Positions 25,401 to 40,600 of a stretch of DNA of 64,000 bases are shown in pieces. The notes under the pieces were generated by a model that worked only from the letters and a program-made list of their open reading frames with translations, did no database searches and was not told where the DNA came from. A program made the translations under genes and the position numbers. Every line of letters starts with the position of its first letter. Within the stretch, counting starts at the first letter, position 1. Origin of the DNA: Octopus bimaculoides (taxonomy: Eukaryota); contig NC_068984.1 in assembly GCF_001194135.2 (NCBI RefSeq), positions 93,202,743-93,266,742 of the forward strand, read 5' to 3'.

Positions 25401-28205
25401 AATCACCAGCTTTAGAGTTGGAAAATGGTACTTAATAAGGGCACTTGAATTAAAAGGAATCACTCTCAAGCCTGTGTGTGTAGCATCTCTTGTTAAAGGT
25501 CTCTACCCAGTAGTTTGGATCTAACACTGAGAAGAACAGTCCAGATATTGATAAGAATTATGTTCTTTTAAACCTATAAAATGTACCCTGATCCTATGAA
25601 ATCATAATCATTATTTCACCTTCTTATAGAAATATTTTCTTATTTCATTTAGGCCATTCTTGGGTCCAAGGCCAGTGGACAAAAGATGAAATAGAACTCT
25701 TACAAGCAAACATCAATAGCTATTGTAAAGTAAGTATATTTGACTGAAAGCTTTTTGAATTTAATTTAGTCTTATAAAATGGTCAGAAGCCATGCTATAT
25801 GAATATTTCCCTGCTATCTTTGAGGTAGACAGGCTAGGATTATAAAGCTATCAAAATGCATACAATAAAACTGTAACATCAACAAAAGCTTATTTTTTAT
25901 ATCCCTTAAAGTCATTTGCATGTACCAAGTTGTGTACAACCCCTTCCTCCAGACCAAACCATTAAGAGGAAAAAATCTGGACAATCCTCTTTGAGCAAAC
26001 TTAGGATTAAAAATCTGTGACAGTCATGTTTTTTTAGAAATATCTAAGATTGTTATCTGAAGTGTCTTTTCCTTAGTTTAGACAATGGGGTGTTTTAACC
26101 CTTTAGAATTTAAACCAGCCATATCTGGCCAAAATATTTAACTTGTTTTATGTTTAAAATCCAGCCTCTCACACCTACTCTACAATGTCATTGTAAAAAT
26201 AAACAATCACGTCATCTTAAAATCTTAAAGCTACAAAATAATACATAATTAATTCAAAACGTTGTGAATAAATAAGCCTTACATTTGACAGAATAATCTG
26301 AATGCTAAAAGGTTATGAGAAACCATGTAGATTCATATCTTACTGGTGTTGTTAATTTAGATAATTTTGCCTCTTCGGACTAATTTCCTAAAGTAAACTA
26401 CCTTGTTGTGAGACAGATATAATACATTGTAAAATTATTTGCCTGAGGAAACATGGCAATGCAAACTGAAATGTTTAAGCATACTTGATTTATGAAATTA
26501 CTTGTTGATACTTCAACTTTTAGGAAATTCCCTAAATCATATCACAATTTCATCTAGAGAAAATTTCATAAATTAAATTTGGTTAGGTAATAAAAAAAAA
26601 GTATGTTTTCTAGACACTTTATCTTACAAGTTTTAAGAGGATAGAAAACTAAGTAATAATATGAAACCTTTATTTGTGCTAAAAGCTTATTTTCAATAGG
26701 AGACACATAAGTTGAATGGTTGATATATCCTACCTAATGTAGACATTCTCTTATGCTATAGCAGATAATTTTGCTTTTTTTCCTATCTAGTCTATAAAAA
26801 AAAATAGCTTTTACTACAATTTTAAAATTAAGAAAGCCATCAAAAGGGGAAATTTTATAACAATTTGTGCAAATATTTACATTTTAACCTATTAGAATTT
26901 TATTTTTCTTGAATATAATTGAACAGTTGTGTTGTTTTATGGGTTAGGCATTTTTGAATTGCAGACATTAAAAATTATAATGTTCTCAGAATGTTCCGAG
27001 AGCAATTCATCATCCACTTCAAATACTTTAGAAGTTTTGCTTATCCTTAATTCAAATTATTAATACAAAGAAATTTATTGTTTGTGTTCTACATTCTTAT
27101 GAATTATGTCAGATATAGAGATGGATTCTATTTAAACATCAACCAGTCAACTGTGAAGTTGGAATATGTATTAACCAGGATTAGATAAAATGGCTTGCCA
27201 GTTTCACATGTTATTCTTTGACCCTATATTAGTCTTGTTTTTATTTTCTTTAATAAATTTTACTTGTTAATATTATGTGGCATTTGTTGGACTTTTTTTC
27301 ATCTAGAATTTAACATCACCCACTAAAGCTCTTTCGTTGAATGTTGCTTAATGTACAGTTTTATGTCTTACTCCCAGGATAACAATATCAGTAACCCTAC
27401 AGAAATCATTTTTGAGATGTCCAAAGATGAACGGAAGGATTTTTATCGAACAGTTGCAAAAGGACTTAACCGACCTCTGTTTTCTGTGTATAGACGAGTA
27501 ATACGAATGTATGATCAAAAAAATTATGTTGGCAAGTACAGTCAAGATGAAATGATTAAACTCAGAGAGTTAGTATACCTTCTTTAATTGTTACATGCTT
27601 CAATACAGCTGTTTTCTACATTTTTATAATATGTCATGGCTGGGCCTTGTGAATTACAGGTACAACTCACTTTTGCCAGCTGAGTGGACTGGAGAAGTAC
27701 TGTGTAACAACGCACCACTGGCTTTCAAATTCATGATCATGAGCCGAATAAATTAACCTCTAGGCCACACACCAGCAGATACCAGCTGACAGTTGCATAA
27801 TATCCTATTGTTACACAAACACAAATAACGACATACATACATACATACACATTCAAACACAGTCACATATTGTTATGTACACATACACACAGTCTATTCG
27901 TTTTATACATACAGACATGCATACATATATAAACACACACATATGCACAGATGTCAGCAGACAATTATAGCTTTACATTGTTACACAAACATACACAGAT
28001 AACAACTCACACACATACAGATATCAGCAGACATTCCACACACAGATACCAACATACACTTTCGGTTATTGTTTCACACACACATACACACATATTCACA
28101 CAGACACACAGTCTCACAGTTATGTGCACATGCACACACACACATACACACACCATCTCATACAGTTACACGCACACACACAAACACAGTCTCAAACAGG
28201 TACAT

Positions 28206-28241
<36 letters not shown>

Positions 28242-31200
28242 ATACATATATGTGTACACACACAAACACATACTTTCATACAGGTACGCGCGCCGCTACA
28301 CGCACACACAGTCTCATACAGTTATTCATGTACACACATACACAGTCTCATGCAGTTATGCACGTGCACACACACAGTCTCATATAGTTATGCACACACA
28401 CACAAACACAGTCTCATTACAGTTAAGCATACATGCACAAACACACTCAAACTCACAGTCTCATACAGTTACATGCATGCGCATGTACACACATACACAC
28501 ACCCCAGCAGACAATCAGTGTCATATTTTTCATTTATTTATTATTTATTGGTACGCTATAATCTTTGTAGGGCTAGTTGAGGGAGGAGGAGGGTGTAGTA
28601 ACTATAGCAGACTGACATGTACTGATAAACTGACACATCAGTCTTACCAAACTAATTTTATTAATATGTAGATTATACATATTACTGTGAGCAAAAGAGA
28701 AAAAAGAAGTTAAAAGATGCTTTTTCAATGGATGACTTCCAAATAAAATTTAAGACACAGCCTCAATCTGTTGTTTTGTATGTGTATAAGTAAACTGAAT
28801 ATTTCTAAATATATTGTATTGATCTTTTATTCTTCTTGTCTATCTAATTCTATGAATAAAGTGTTTATTATGTTAGGTTGCGCCTCAAGCATGGCACAGA
28901 CTGGGCTGCCATTGGTGCTGTATTGGGCCGAAGTGCATCATCTGTCAAAGATAAATGTAGACTAATGAAAGATACCTGTAATTCAGGTACGGTAAAACTT
29001 CCTTTTTATGTTTTTTTTTTTTCCTTGAAAAGGAAATTATTCTACTCTTTCTTCAAGCAATTTTATGGGACACTATTGTATCTCGTGCTGTTATGCAACT
29101 TATTTGATTGACATGTTTAAATGTTTAAGCTTGTACTATTTTCAGCTTCTCTCTATTTTGATTTGTTTGTCAGGGAAATGGCTCCCAGAAGAAGAACAGC
29201 GACTTACAGATGCTGTGTGTGAATTATCAGGAGCACAGCCAGGTATTTTTCTATTTTATGTTACATTTTTAAATAGGAAGTACAGGTGTTTGGAAATGAA
29301 TCATAAGTTGGATTTTATTCGTCTCTGTTTTGTATAAAATTGATATGCTCCGGGAAGAGTAAAATTAAAGTCCCAAATGAAAATAAGCTGTTTTGTTTCT
29401 TCAGATAAATTTAGTAATTATTATGAATCAGATTTCTCTTGGGAGTTTTAATTTTGAGAGCTGGTCTTTATAAAATTTCTGTTCTTAGTAATGCAATAGG
29501 TTATGCATATATTTGTCTTTTAACAGTAATTTTGGTTAGGGATTTGTGACTGATTGCAAAGTGGTAAGGTAGGTGCAAACCTTACTGTTGTTTGTGCAGC
29601 AGTAGTTTTACATGAAAGGCTGAGTTAAGAAAATAGCTGAGGCAAGTTGGATTTTTAAAAACTAGAATTTAGTGCTATACTTCATCATACAACTTTCTTT
29701 GCATCCAAGTATTCTTTTTTTTTCCAGTGTTATCATCATCATTTTATGTCTGCTTTCCATGTCAACATAGGTTGAATGGATCATCACAATCCAGAACCTT
29801 CTTAATTGGGAACTACTACACCAATAAACTGGTGTTCATACATGTCATTTGACTTAATTTCTAAAGCTGGATGTTCTTCTTGCCAACCACTTTAAGTGTA
29901 TTGATTGCATTTTTGAGCTATTAGAGTTGTTGTCTCACTCACCAATTACTCTTGAGGGAGTGTAATTTGTCAACTTTCCATTGTGGCACAGGTACAGCAG
30001 GGTTGGTGACTTGTATATAGAACATTATAGAAATTAGTCAGGGATCTAAGAAGAAAAATAGTGGGGCACTTTGAGAGGCATCAGGTAGTGGAAGGGTGCC
30101 AAAGTAAAGGTGGATGATGGGTAAGAGTAGATGCTGGTTGGCAACGGAAGTGTCTCTGAGGAGGAAGAGTGATGGCTAGTAGTACAGAAAGCTGAAGTTA
30201 GAGTGTATTGTGTTGAAGGATAAAGATGGCACAATGCAGTTTCTTATACATTAGCCTGTGAAAGGATGTGGGTGAACCAATGCAGTCTCTGATAGATGGG
30301 CCTAATGAAGGGCAAAGGAGTCAGATTATTTGGGTCTGATAATGTCTCTTACATAAAGTCCCTTGTAGTGGGATGAGAATTGATTGATTCAGTTCTTCAT
30401 ACATAGGTCTAGGGAAGGACAAGGGAGTCAGAATGAAGCAGAGGATATGGACAGTACTAGTAATAGGAAGATGAGATAGAGTGCTGTGAGTGAGAGAAAG
30501 AGGCTGGGTTTAAAGGGGAGGTAAGAGAGCAATAGAATGATGAGGGGGTTCAAAAGAATATCTGAGAGAGGTCAGCAAGATGTACACTTGGCAGAGTATA
30601 AAGTGCTTCAAATTCTAAAACACTACTCTCATGTTGGGTATCTTTTGTCGTAGGTAGTTGGATTTCTGTAGCATTGTATAATGCCAATCTGTACAGTCCC
30701 TTGTCATCTCCTTAATGCAATGTAACATTTTCGTATCAGCCTTCACTCTTCATCTCATGTCTTCTTGAGTCTTCCTTTTCCATGTGTTCCATTACCTTGG
30801 AGTTCTTGACAGTTATTTCTGCAGCAGTCATCCTCCATATGCCCATATCAGTACAGTCTTGTACATTGCACCTGATTCCTCTTATACCCAGTTTTTTTTC
30901 TCAACTCATTCATACTTTGGCAGTCATGCACATTGACGTTACATATCCATCAGAGCCTACTTGTTTCATTTCTTTCCAGCCTTTGCAAGTCTTCTGCATT
31001 TAAGACCCACATTTTGTTACCCAGCAAGTATTGTGGTTCTAAATCATGCATCATATAATCTGCCCCCAACAGGAATTAAACATTGTTACCATTATCAATA
31101 CTTCAAAGAGGTAGCGAGACAGTGCTGGCAGACTGGGTAGAGTGTCAGACAAAACCTGTCTTTCCTTTTTAAGGCAGCAAACTGGTAGAATCATTACCAC

Positions 31201-34200
31201 ACCTGGTAAAATGCTTAGTGCCATTTTGTCTGTCTTTACATTCTGAGTTCAAATTCCACCAAAGTCAACTTTGCCTTTCATCCTTTCAGAGTGATTAAAA
31301 TAAGTACCATTCGATCACTGGGGTTCATATAATTGATTTACCTCCTCCCCACCCAAAGTGTTGGCTTTGGGCCAAAATTTTAAACCAATATTTTATATAA
31401 GTGACACATCTTTTAAGTAAACATCTGTCTTCTATAATTTATTTCCACCACTAAAGTTTTAGTCGCAATTTTACTCTTGTTTACATATAAATAATATATT
31501 ATTTGTAGCAAAACTAAAAAGGAATAATTATGTTAATTAATAAAATCTTTTTAACATTATTTACTCAAGAACTTCTTCATATTCACATTTTGCTTAGCTC
31601 TCTTCTATGTTATTATTATTATTATTATTATTAATATTATATACAATGTGGCTCTCTTGTCTCTCTTTCTCTCACAGCATTCCAACTGTTGCCTCAATTT
31701 TTGTCCATTTCCGTTTTCTTCACTACTTTTTGTTTATCTAGCCACTTCTCCTGTCTAATTATTATGTGAGTGATTTTAAAAAATTGATTCATTTTTATCC
31801 ACCATTTATTTCAAATGCAAATGCATTGTAAAAAATAATGCTGATAAATGGAATACTATTAGTGATACTAAAATCACTTCTTATAATGCCAATTTTCCTT
31901 CCAAAACGATGAACATTGTTGCTTTGGTTTTGAAATAATTTAATTGAAATGAAATAACAGGCCTAAATAATAATTATAAAATAAAAATTAAAAATCAGTA
32001 GTGGCCTTTCCCCCATAAAAACCAACAGTCACCTCAACATGGTATGGGGGTGAACCAGAAATTGGGCTAACGGAGGCAATGATACTTGAATGATAATCTA
32101 AATAATGAATGATATAATATAACTTTAAAAACAAGAAATTTATTGGAAAAAAATGGTGTATTTTACATGCCACCTGCACAGGAGCCAGTTCGACAGCACT
32201 GGCAATGATCTCGCTCGAATGTCTTTACATGTGCCATCTAGCACAAGTGCCAGGAAGGCGATGCTGGGCACAGGTGCCATTGACGGTTTCGCTTTCGCTT
32301 ACCCCAATAAGTCTTCGCAAGCCGAGTTTCGTTTCCAATGAAGGAGACGATGTTGGCATGGGTGCCAGTCGTCGAATTTAATTCGGTTTCGATTTCACTT
32401 GCCTCAACAGGTCTTCGCCAGCGGAGTTTAGTGTCCAATGAAGGAAGGCACGTATAAGTGGGCTGCCTGAGGCCTTTGATTTAGGTCTCACTTGGCTTGC
32501 TGGGTCGTCTCACGCACAGCATATTTCCAAAGGTCTCGGTCAGTAGTCATCGCCTCGGTGAGGCCCAATGTTCGTAGGTCGTGCCTCACCACCTCATCCC
32601 AGGTCTTCCTGGGCCTACCTCTTCCACAGGTTCCCTCCACTGCTAGGGTGTGGCACTTTTTCACACAGCTATTCTCATTCCATTCTTGCTACATGACCAT
32701 ACCAGCGCAATCGTCTTTCTTGCACACCACAACTGATGCTTCGTAAGTTCAACTTTTAACACTCTGTCTAGTATGCACACTTACATTACACATCCATCGG
32801 AGCATACTGACTTCATTCCATGCGAGCCTACGCATGTCCTCAGCAGTCACAGCCCATGTTTCACTGCCATGAAGCATGGCTGTTCGTACACATGCGTCAT
32901 ACAATCTGCCTTTTACTCTGAGNNNNNNNNNNCGTACACATGCGTCATACAATCTGCCTTTTACTCTGAGAGAGAGACTCTTTGTCACCAGCAGAGGTAA
33001 GAGCTCTCTGACCTTTGCCCAGGCTATTCTTATTGTAGCAACTACACTTTCAGTGCACCCACCCCCACTACTAATTTGGTCACCAAGATAGCGGAAGCTA
33101 TCAACCACTTCTAGTTTTTCTCCCAGGAATGTGGCAGAAGTTGTTTTCTGCACATTCATCATCATCATCGTCATCGTTTAACGTCCGCTTTCCATACTAG
33201 CATGGGTTGGACGATTTGACTGAGGACTGGTGAAACCAGATGGCTACACCAGGCTCCAATCTGATTTGGCAGTGTTTCCACGGCTGGGTGCCCTTCCTAA
33301 CGCCAACCACTCAGAGAGTGTAGTGGGTGCTTTTACATGTCACCCGCACGAAGGCCAGTCNNNNNNNNNNNNNNNNNNNNNNNNNNNNNNNNNNNNNNNN
33401 NNNNNNNNNNNNNNNNNNNNNNNNNNNNNNNNNNNNNNNNNNNNNNNNNNNNNNNNNNNNNNNNNNNNNNNNNNNNNNNNNNNNNNNNNNNNNNNNNNNN
33501 NNNNNNNNNNNNNNNNNNNNNNNNNNNNNNNNNNNNNNNNNNNNNNNNNNNNNNNNNNNNNNNNNNNNNNNNNNNNNNNNNNNNNNNNNNNNNNNNNNNN
33601 NNNNNNNNNNNNNNNNNNNNNNNNNNNNNNNNNNNNNNNNNNNNNNNNNNNNNNNNNNNNNNNNNNNNNNNNNNNNNNNNNNNNNNNNNNNNNNNNNNNN
33701 NNNNNNNNNNNNNNNNNNNNNNNNNNNNNNNNNNNNNNNNNNNNNNNNNNNNNNNNNNNNNNNNNNNNNNNNNNNNNNNNNNNNNNNNNNNNNNNNNNNN
33801 NNNNNNNNNNNNNNNNNNNNNNNNNNNNNNNNNNNNNNNNNNNNNNNNNNNNNNNNNNNNNNNNNNNNNNNNNNNNNNNNNNNNNNNNNNNNNNNNNNNN
33901 NNNNNNNNNNNNNNNNNNNNNNNNNNNNNNNNNNNNNNNNNNNNNNNNNNNNNNNNNNNNNNNNNNNNNNNNNNNNNNNNNNNNNNNNNNNNNNNNNNNN
34001 NNNNNNNNNNNNNNNNNNNNNNNNNNNNNNNNNNNNNNNNNNNNNNNNNNNNNNNNNNNNNNNNNNNNNNNNNNNNNNNNNNNNNNNNNNNNNNNNNNNN
34101 NNNNNNNNNNNNNNNNNNNNNNNNNNNNNNNNNNNNNNNNNNNNNNNNNNNNNNNNNNNNNNNNNNNNNNNNNNNNNNNNNNNNNNNNNNNNNNNNNNNN

Positions 34201-34465
34201 NNNNNNNNNNNNNNNNNNNNNNNNNNNNNNNNNNNNNNNNNNNNNNNNNNNNNNNNNNNNNNNNNNNNNNNNNNNNNNNNNNNNNNNNNNNNNNNNNNNN
34301 NNNNNNNNNNNNNNNNNNNNNNNNCGATAAGCCAGCTGGAGGAGATGTTCTCCTGGGGCTAAAAGCAACAGTAACATCCACCCTTAGGGGTCAGCCACAT
34401 TTAAATGGCAAATATACTTCACTTTATTGTGCAGTTACTGTTAATACCTCGTTCAGAGATTTAAC

Positions 34466-34499
<34 letters not shown>

Positions 34500-37400
34500 G
34501 TATGTGTTTATGTTTGTGTGTCTGTGTTTGTCCCCCCCAACATCGCTTGACAACCGATGCTGGTGTGTTTATGTCCCCATAACTTAGCGGTTCAGCAAAA
34601 GAGACCGATAGAATAAGTACTAGGCTTACAAAGAATAAATCCTGGGGTCGATTTGCGCAACTAAAGGCGGTGCTCCAGTATGGTCACAGTCAAATGACTG
34701 AAACAAATAAAAAAGTAATCTAATCATACATATATATACAATATTCACACAATATTTCTATTATGGAAAGTTGTAAAACATCCCACTCTACATACTGCAC
34801 CTTTACAGAATGCACATTGGAAAGAAGTTTCAACTGGCCATCCAGTGGGAGTTTTTCTTTGTTGATGTAGACATTCACGGCACTGCCTTTTGCGACCCCC
34901 TATTTTTTTCTAATTTATGTAGATCGATTTAACTCAGAGGGATATCTCTCTGGCAGGCTTTGCTTTTCCTTCCTGGAGTTATTTTTTTTTTGGAGGAATA
35001 ACCTGCCCTCAACTGCGTTGCTACAGCTGCTCAGAACTGCAGATGGTCACACCGCTTGTAAGTCCCTCCTGATTTGGTATATAATATAAATACATTTACA
35101 ATGCTCATATTTACTATATACCAAACCAGGTATCGCCACCATTTATTACCCGGTCTACCAACCAGATAATAACTCATCATCTGGTTCAGCCAATCCACAC
35201 CGTCCATATATCTGTTATAATCAAGGTTCACAAGCGGGGTGCCATTTTCATCTACACATGGTCGTGCACTGGTTTGGATGATCTGCCCCATGTGCTTTAC
35301 TTTTATATGTCAGACTTGTTTGCGACCTTTTAGTAGGACAGGAGAATTCCTAGTTCTTTGGGTCGAGGAGTGGTGGTACTGCCAAGAAAGGACCCAAACA
35401 AGGGGTATCAAATAGAAAGTTTTAGGCCCATAATGTTGCTGAGTGCAGATTTTGGCCAGGTGTTTACAAGGAGATTGGCACTTGTTGAAAAACTGATTGA
35501 TGATGTGCTATCCCAAGCAGATCCATCCACAACAACTACCACATCATGCAACAAATCATAGACAATGGTGGGTAAAGAAGTTGGCATTAGTGGGGCCCTG
35601 GTCAATTTGGATCAGTCTAAAGCTTTTAATAGGGTTGATCACCAATACTTTACAGCCTTTCTCACAGTAGCCAGTTTTGGTCTTGTTTACTGTGGCTGGA
35701 TTGCTACAACATACAGCAACATCTGCTCAGTAGTTCAGGTGTATGAATACTTATCAAAACCATTCAGCATCATACACTTAATCTGTTAAGGATTGTCTTT
35801 TCTTGTCTCTTCTGTATGTATTGACTTTAAATCCACTACTGCGAAAATTGGATGTAGTGAGAGGCATCCCATATGATATAGGTCATGGGAGAACCATGAC
35901 AGCATATCATCATCATCATCATCATCATCATCGTTTAACGTCCGCTTTCCATGCTAGCATGGGTTGGACGATTTGACTGAGGACTGGTGAAACCGGATGG
36001 CAACACCAGGCTTCAATCTAATTTGGCAGAGTTTCTACAGCTGGATGCCCTTCCTAACGCCAACCACTCAGAGAGTGTAGCATACACAGGTAATATTACA
36101 ACCATAGTGTCAAACACCAAGCACATAGACCTGACCTAGTCAGCATTGCCTTAAAAGAAATGATGTGGTGACAGGAGTGAAAATTAACCAAGAAAAGTCA
36201 GTGGACCTGTAGCTAGGCACCTGGAGAGGTAGGTCCATGCTGTCTAATAATGTCATGGCTTGCTGGACAGAGGGACCAGTTAAATTGCTCAGGAGATGGT
36301 TTGGTCCAGATCTCCAGAACTGGGTTGAGGTGACAAACAGGGTAGCCAATCTAATCCAGAAATGCATGAGACTGCTTACATTGCCGCCATCATATGCTAC
36401 TGCTTGGCCATCGTGACTTGCCCCTGTTTATATCTTGCTAAATTGGAACATATACTCTTTCACTTTCTGTGGAAGGGATGCATTCCATTGTTCAGGTGCT
36501 CCATTTGCATTTAAAAACCCAGCTGAATGGAGGGCTGGGCTTGCCATGGCTGCTGATATGCAGACATGCACAGAGACTATGATATCTCCAGTGTTTCCTT
36601 GACAGTGAGCAGGTGTGGTCACTATTTGTCAAACAGGATTCTCCACAGCTTATCTCTTTAGCTGAGCTGCAGTCCTGGATCAAGCATAGACTGGGGCAGG
36701 GCACCTGAAACCTAGAGTATCCTCAGGCGCTCACAGTCTTCTGCTAGTCAGGCAATTCGGTTGGTGGAAGTTCCACTTTGGCATCATAGAAGGTTAGTTG
36801 CAGGCAAGTGCAACAACATTCTCAGAGAGACTTTGGACATCAATGAGAATCAATTGGCTGATTTGTTCTGGAGGACTTTAGGGCAGGGGCCTTTGGATAA
36901 TTTCCAGAAATCCTTCGCTTAGCAGTGTTGTCAGAAGCATTGTCTGTTCAGGATAAACTTTACAGGCATGGAAGTGCCGTCATCAATAAAACTGTTTTGC
37001 ATGCTCCCAAGAATTGCTGACTTGTAGGTTTATGTCAAACATCTGCTGTCACATGTAGGGTGAATCTAGCTTTCAGTTGAATCCATTGTGAAGATTGTCT
37101 TGCTGCCTTCCTTTGGCCAGGAAGGGTAGACAGTTTTCTTTTTTTTTGTCTGGGGTCCTTATCAAAAGAGGTAATGTGGTGGACCAGATTGAAAAGGCTG
37201 AAGACAGATACTTTTCTCTTTAGCCAAGTACTTATCAACTTTTTCAAGTTTCACTTGAAAGAAAAACTGAGAATAGAGAGGGAAGTGCTGCCTTCCAACA
37301 ATTTTGTTAAGAGATTGGTGAATATTGCATGAATGAGCCTACTCAAGGCATGTGCCTGTAGGTTGGAGAAGAACAATGTGAAGGGGGCACTTGCTTTTGT

Positions 37401-37586
37401 GGTTAGAGTGACCAAGGTTTTGTGGGGTCTCCATGAACAGCTGTAAGAAATCTTCTTCAGAGGAATTATTCATTATTATAATCTTGTTTTACTAATTTTT
37501 ACTTTTTACATGCCAGCACATTGTATTGTCCTGTACCATTCCCAATGTTTTTGTGAACTCTAGGTGATTAATAAAGAAAGCATTAC

Positions 37587-37631
<45 letters not shown>

Positions 37632-37655
37632 TATTATTATCATCATCATCATCAT

Positions 37656-37687
<32 letters not shown>

Positions 37688-40600
37688 ACAACAACAACAA
37701 TGTAGGGACAAGGCCAAAAATCTGTGAGGAAAGGAACTGTCAATTAAGTCAGCCCACAGATGATTTAATCAATTAAGGAATAGCAGAGGGTAAGAGCTTT
37801 GCCAATGTTTTATAGCATGAGGTATTCAGGATCACAAAGCAGTGTATCAGAGAGAATAGGGATGTGCTGGGGAAGAAATGTGCATGAATAGATAATGGTA
37901 TATTTGCACTTAGTGACTCAGTAAAAAAAGATGCATGGAAGTGCCACTATGAAAGGTTGCTAAATGTGGAAAATGCATGGGAAAAGGAGAGTTTCAAATA
38001 TTGAACCAACTGAGGGACCAGCCACCAGAGTTGACAGCAGTATAATAGATAAGGCAGTTAAAGATATGAAGACAGGAAAGCCCTTAGACCATCAAGAATC
38101 ACTGCTGAGATGATTAAAATATTTGGTGGTGTAGGATACAGCCTAGTCACTTGTATAGTTAATCAGGTTATTCAGGAAGGCGTCATCCCCAATGACTAGT
38201 GTAGTAGTATTATAGTTAGTTGCTACAAGGGTAAAAGTGATGCCTTAAATATAAACAACTACAGAGGTATTAAACTGCTGGTTTGTGTGATGAACATTAC
38301 AGGGTGATTTATAGCTCAATTGGTTAGAAATAGGTTTAAACTGAGATGCAGTTTGACATCTTCCTAGGAAGACAGCTGCAGGAAAAGTATTTGGCCAAAA
38401 GTAAACAATTGTACTTGGCTTTCATCGACTTGGAAAAAGTTTTTGACAAAGTCCCTCATTTTGTTATCTTGTATTCTCTAAGGAAGTTAGGAGTAGAGGA
38501 GTGGCTTGTTAGGGCTATACAAGCCATGTACAGCAGTGTTGTCAGTATGGTGAGAGTTGGTCATGAATATACAGTGATGAATTTAGTGTACAAGCAAAGG
38601 TTCACCAGGGTTCAGTTCTCAGTCCATTCCTATTCATCATAGTCCTCCAGGCTATAACTGAGGAATTCAAAACTGGATTGGATGCCTGTGGGAACTATTC
38701 TATGCTGATGACCTTGCTCTTATTGTGGAATCTGTAGCAGAATTGGAGAAGAAATTCCAGGTATGAAAGCAAAACCTGGAATCAAAGAGCCTTAAAGTTA
38801 ACCTAATAAAGACCAAAGTTGTTGTTTGCAAGAAAACAGATAAGGGTTTCTTTCTGTCAAGTAAATGGTCTTGCTCAATATGGACACATAAGAGGTGCAG
38901 TGGAATCACAGATAAAGTCATCTTCATATATGCAGATAAGCAGGAACAATAAGCACTAAGGACACACTGGACTTAGACTCTCTCAAGTGCTCAGGAGGCT
39001 CTCTTGAGGTAATAGATAGTTTCTGTTACATAGGTGACCAAATTAGCAATGGTGGACAATGTTCTAAAAGTATTGTTTCTAGAACAAGAATAGGATGGAG
39101 GTGGTTCAGAGAGTTATTACCTATGTTAGCAACAAAAGGAATCTCTCTCAGAGTGAAAGGTAGATTGCATGATGCCTGTGTACAAATGGTTATACTCCAT
39201 GTAGTGAGACATGGGCTCTGAATCCAGAAGGCATGCCTAGACTAGAGAGGAGTGAATGCAGTATGCTCTGTTGGATGTGCAACATCAGTGTGCATGTAAG
39301 ACAAAGTGCAAATGTGTTAAGACAAAAGTTGGGGATAGGAGAAATCAGATGCAGCATGCAAGAGAGAAGGCTATGTTGATTTGAACACGTGATGCATATG
39401 AATGTAGACAGCTGTACAGAGAAATGCTGATTGCTGAAAATGGGTGGCACCTGTCAAAGTGGAAGACACAGGATGAAGTAGTGGGGATCAATTTCAGGAT
39501 ATTAGGCCTCACGGAGGAGATGACAATGGACTGAGATGTCTGGTGATATGAGGTTCTTGAGAAGACTCACCCACTTCAGTGAAACTGAGTTATAGAAACA
39601 CTGTTTTCTACTCACATATCACAAAAACTTATCACATACCCTACCCCAATAAGTCAATGCATCTCTTCTCTTCCTCACATTTCCTCTTTTCATGCATTAT
39701 GCTTATCTCTTGCTCCCTAATTCTGTCCCCACTGCTCTGCTTACTCTATCATTGCTATCCTGTAGTCCCCCACCCCCTCTATATACCCAGATTTCACCAG
39801 TCACTGCATCTTCCCCAGTTCTTGCATCCATGTGAAGTCTCTACTCCCTACTCACACACCTTGGGCAATACCCTGCCATTTATATTCTGAACCCCATACC
39901 CTGAGAGTATACCCAGGCATTTCGCCACTATCTATCTCTCTCTTGCTCTACTCTACCATTTATATTCTGATCCATTCCTTGTAAGTATGCCTTGGCACTT
40001 TGCCACCATCTCTCCCCTACTCTCTTCCACTCTGTCTCTCTTTCTCTTGCTCTCTTCCTCTGGCTAGGTAACCATGTATCTACTCTACAGCAACACACCT
40101 GTTTTTGTCCTAACCTTTCATCATCTGGCACAAGATCACCTCCTTCAATGCCCCCTCCCCTTTCAAAGGATCTTTGTCTTACAGGTTACTTGGTGACCCT
40201 GCCAGTGCTGATGCCACATAAAAAGCATCCAGTCCATAACATAATGTGGTTCACATTTGGAAGGGCATCCAGCTGTAAATACCATGCCAAAACTGACTTC
40301 GACTGGTTGGTGTTAGAAAGGGTATCTAACTATATAAAAAAACATGCCAAAATAGACACAGAAGCCTCGTGCAGTCTTCTTCATAGCCAGCTCAAATTGT
40401 CCAGCCCACGCGGGACGTTAAATGATGATGATGGTGTTACTTTATCAACTTTGAAAGGATCAAAGGCAAAATTATTTTGGCAAGATTTGAAATGAAAGTT
40501 TTCCAGCTCTTTCTCTTCAGAGTTCAAATGTTGCTGAGATCAGCTTATTCTTTCCATCTTTTGGGAGTTGATAAAATAAAATATCAGTCAAGTAGTGGAA

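Noticed and set aside
27951-28671. His/Thr-rich ORFs of ~200 aa
   Set aside because: These are translations of the CA-rich array inside DMTF1 intron 7, with no coding signature.
32885-32972. Direct duplication of cgtacacatgcgtcatacaatctgccttttactctgag around a 10-N gap
   Set aside because: Identical sequence on both sides of a placeholder gap indicates an unmerged contig overlap, i.e. an assembly artefact.
37492-37776. Poly-Ile/Thr/Asn and poly-Ser/Asp ORFs
   Set aside because: These are translations of the compound microsatellite.
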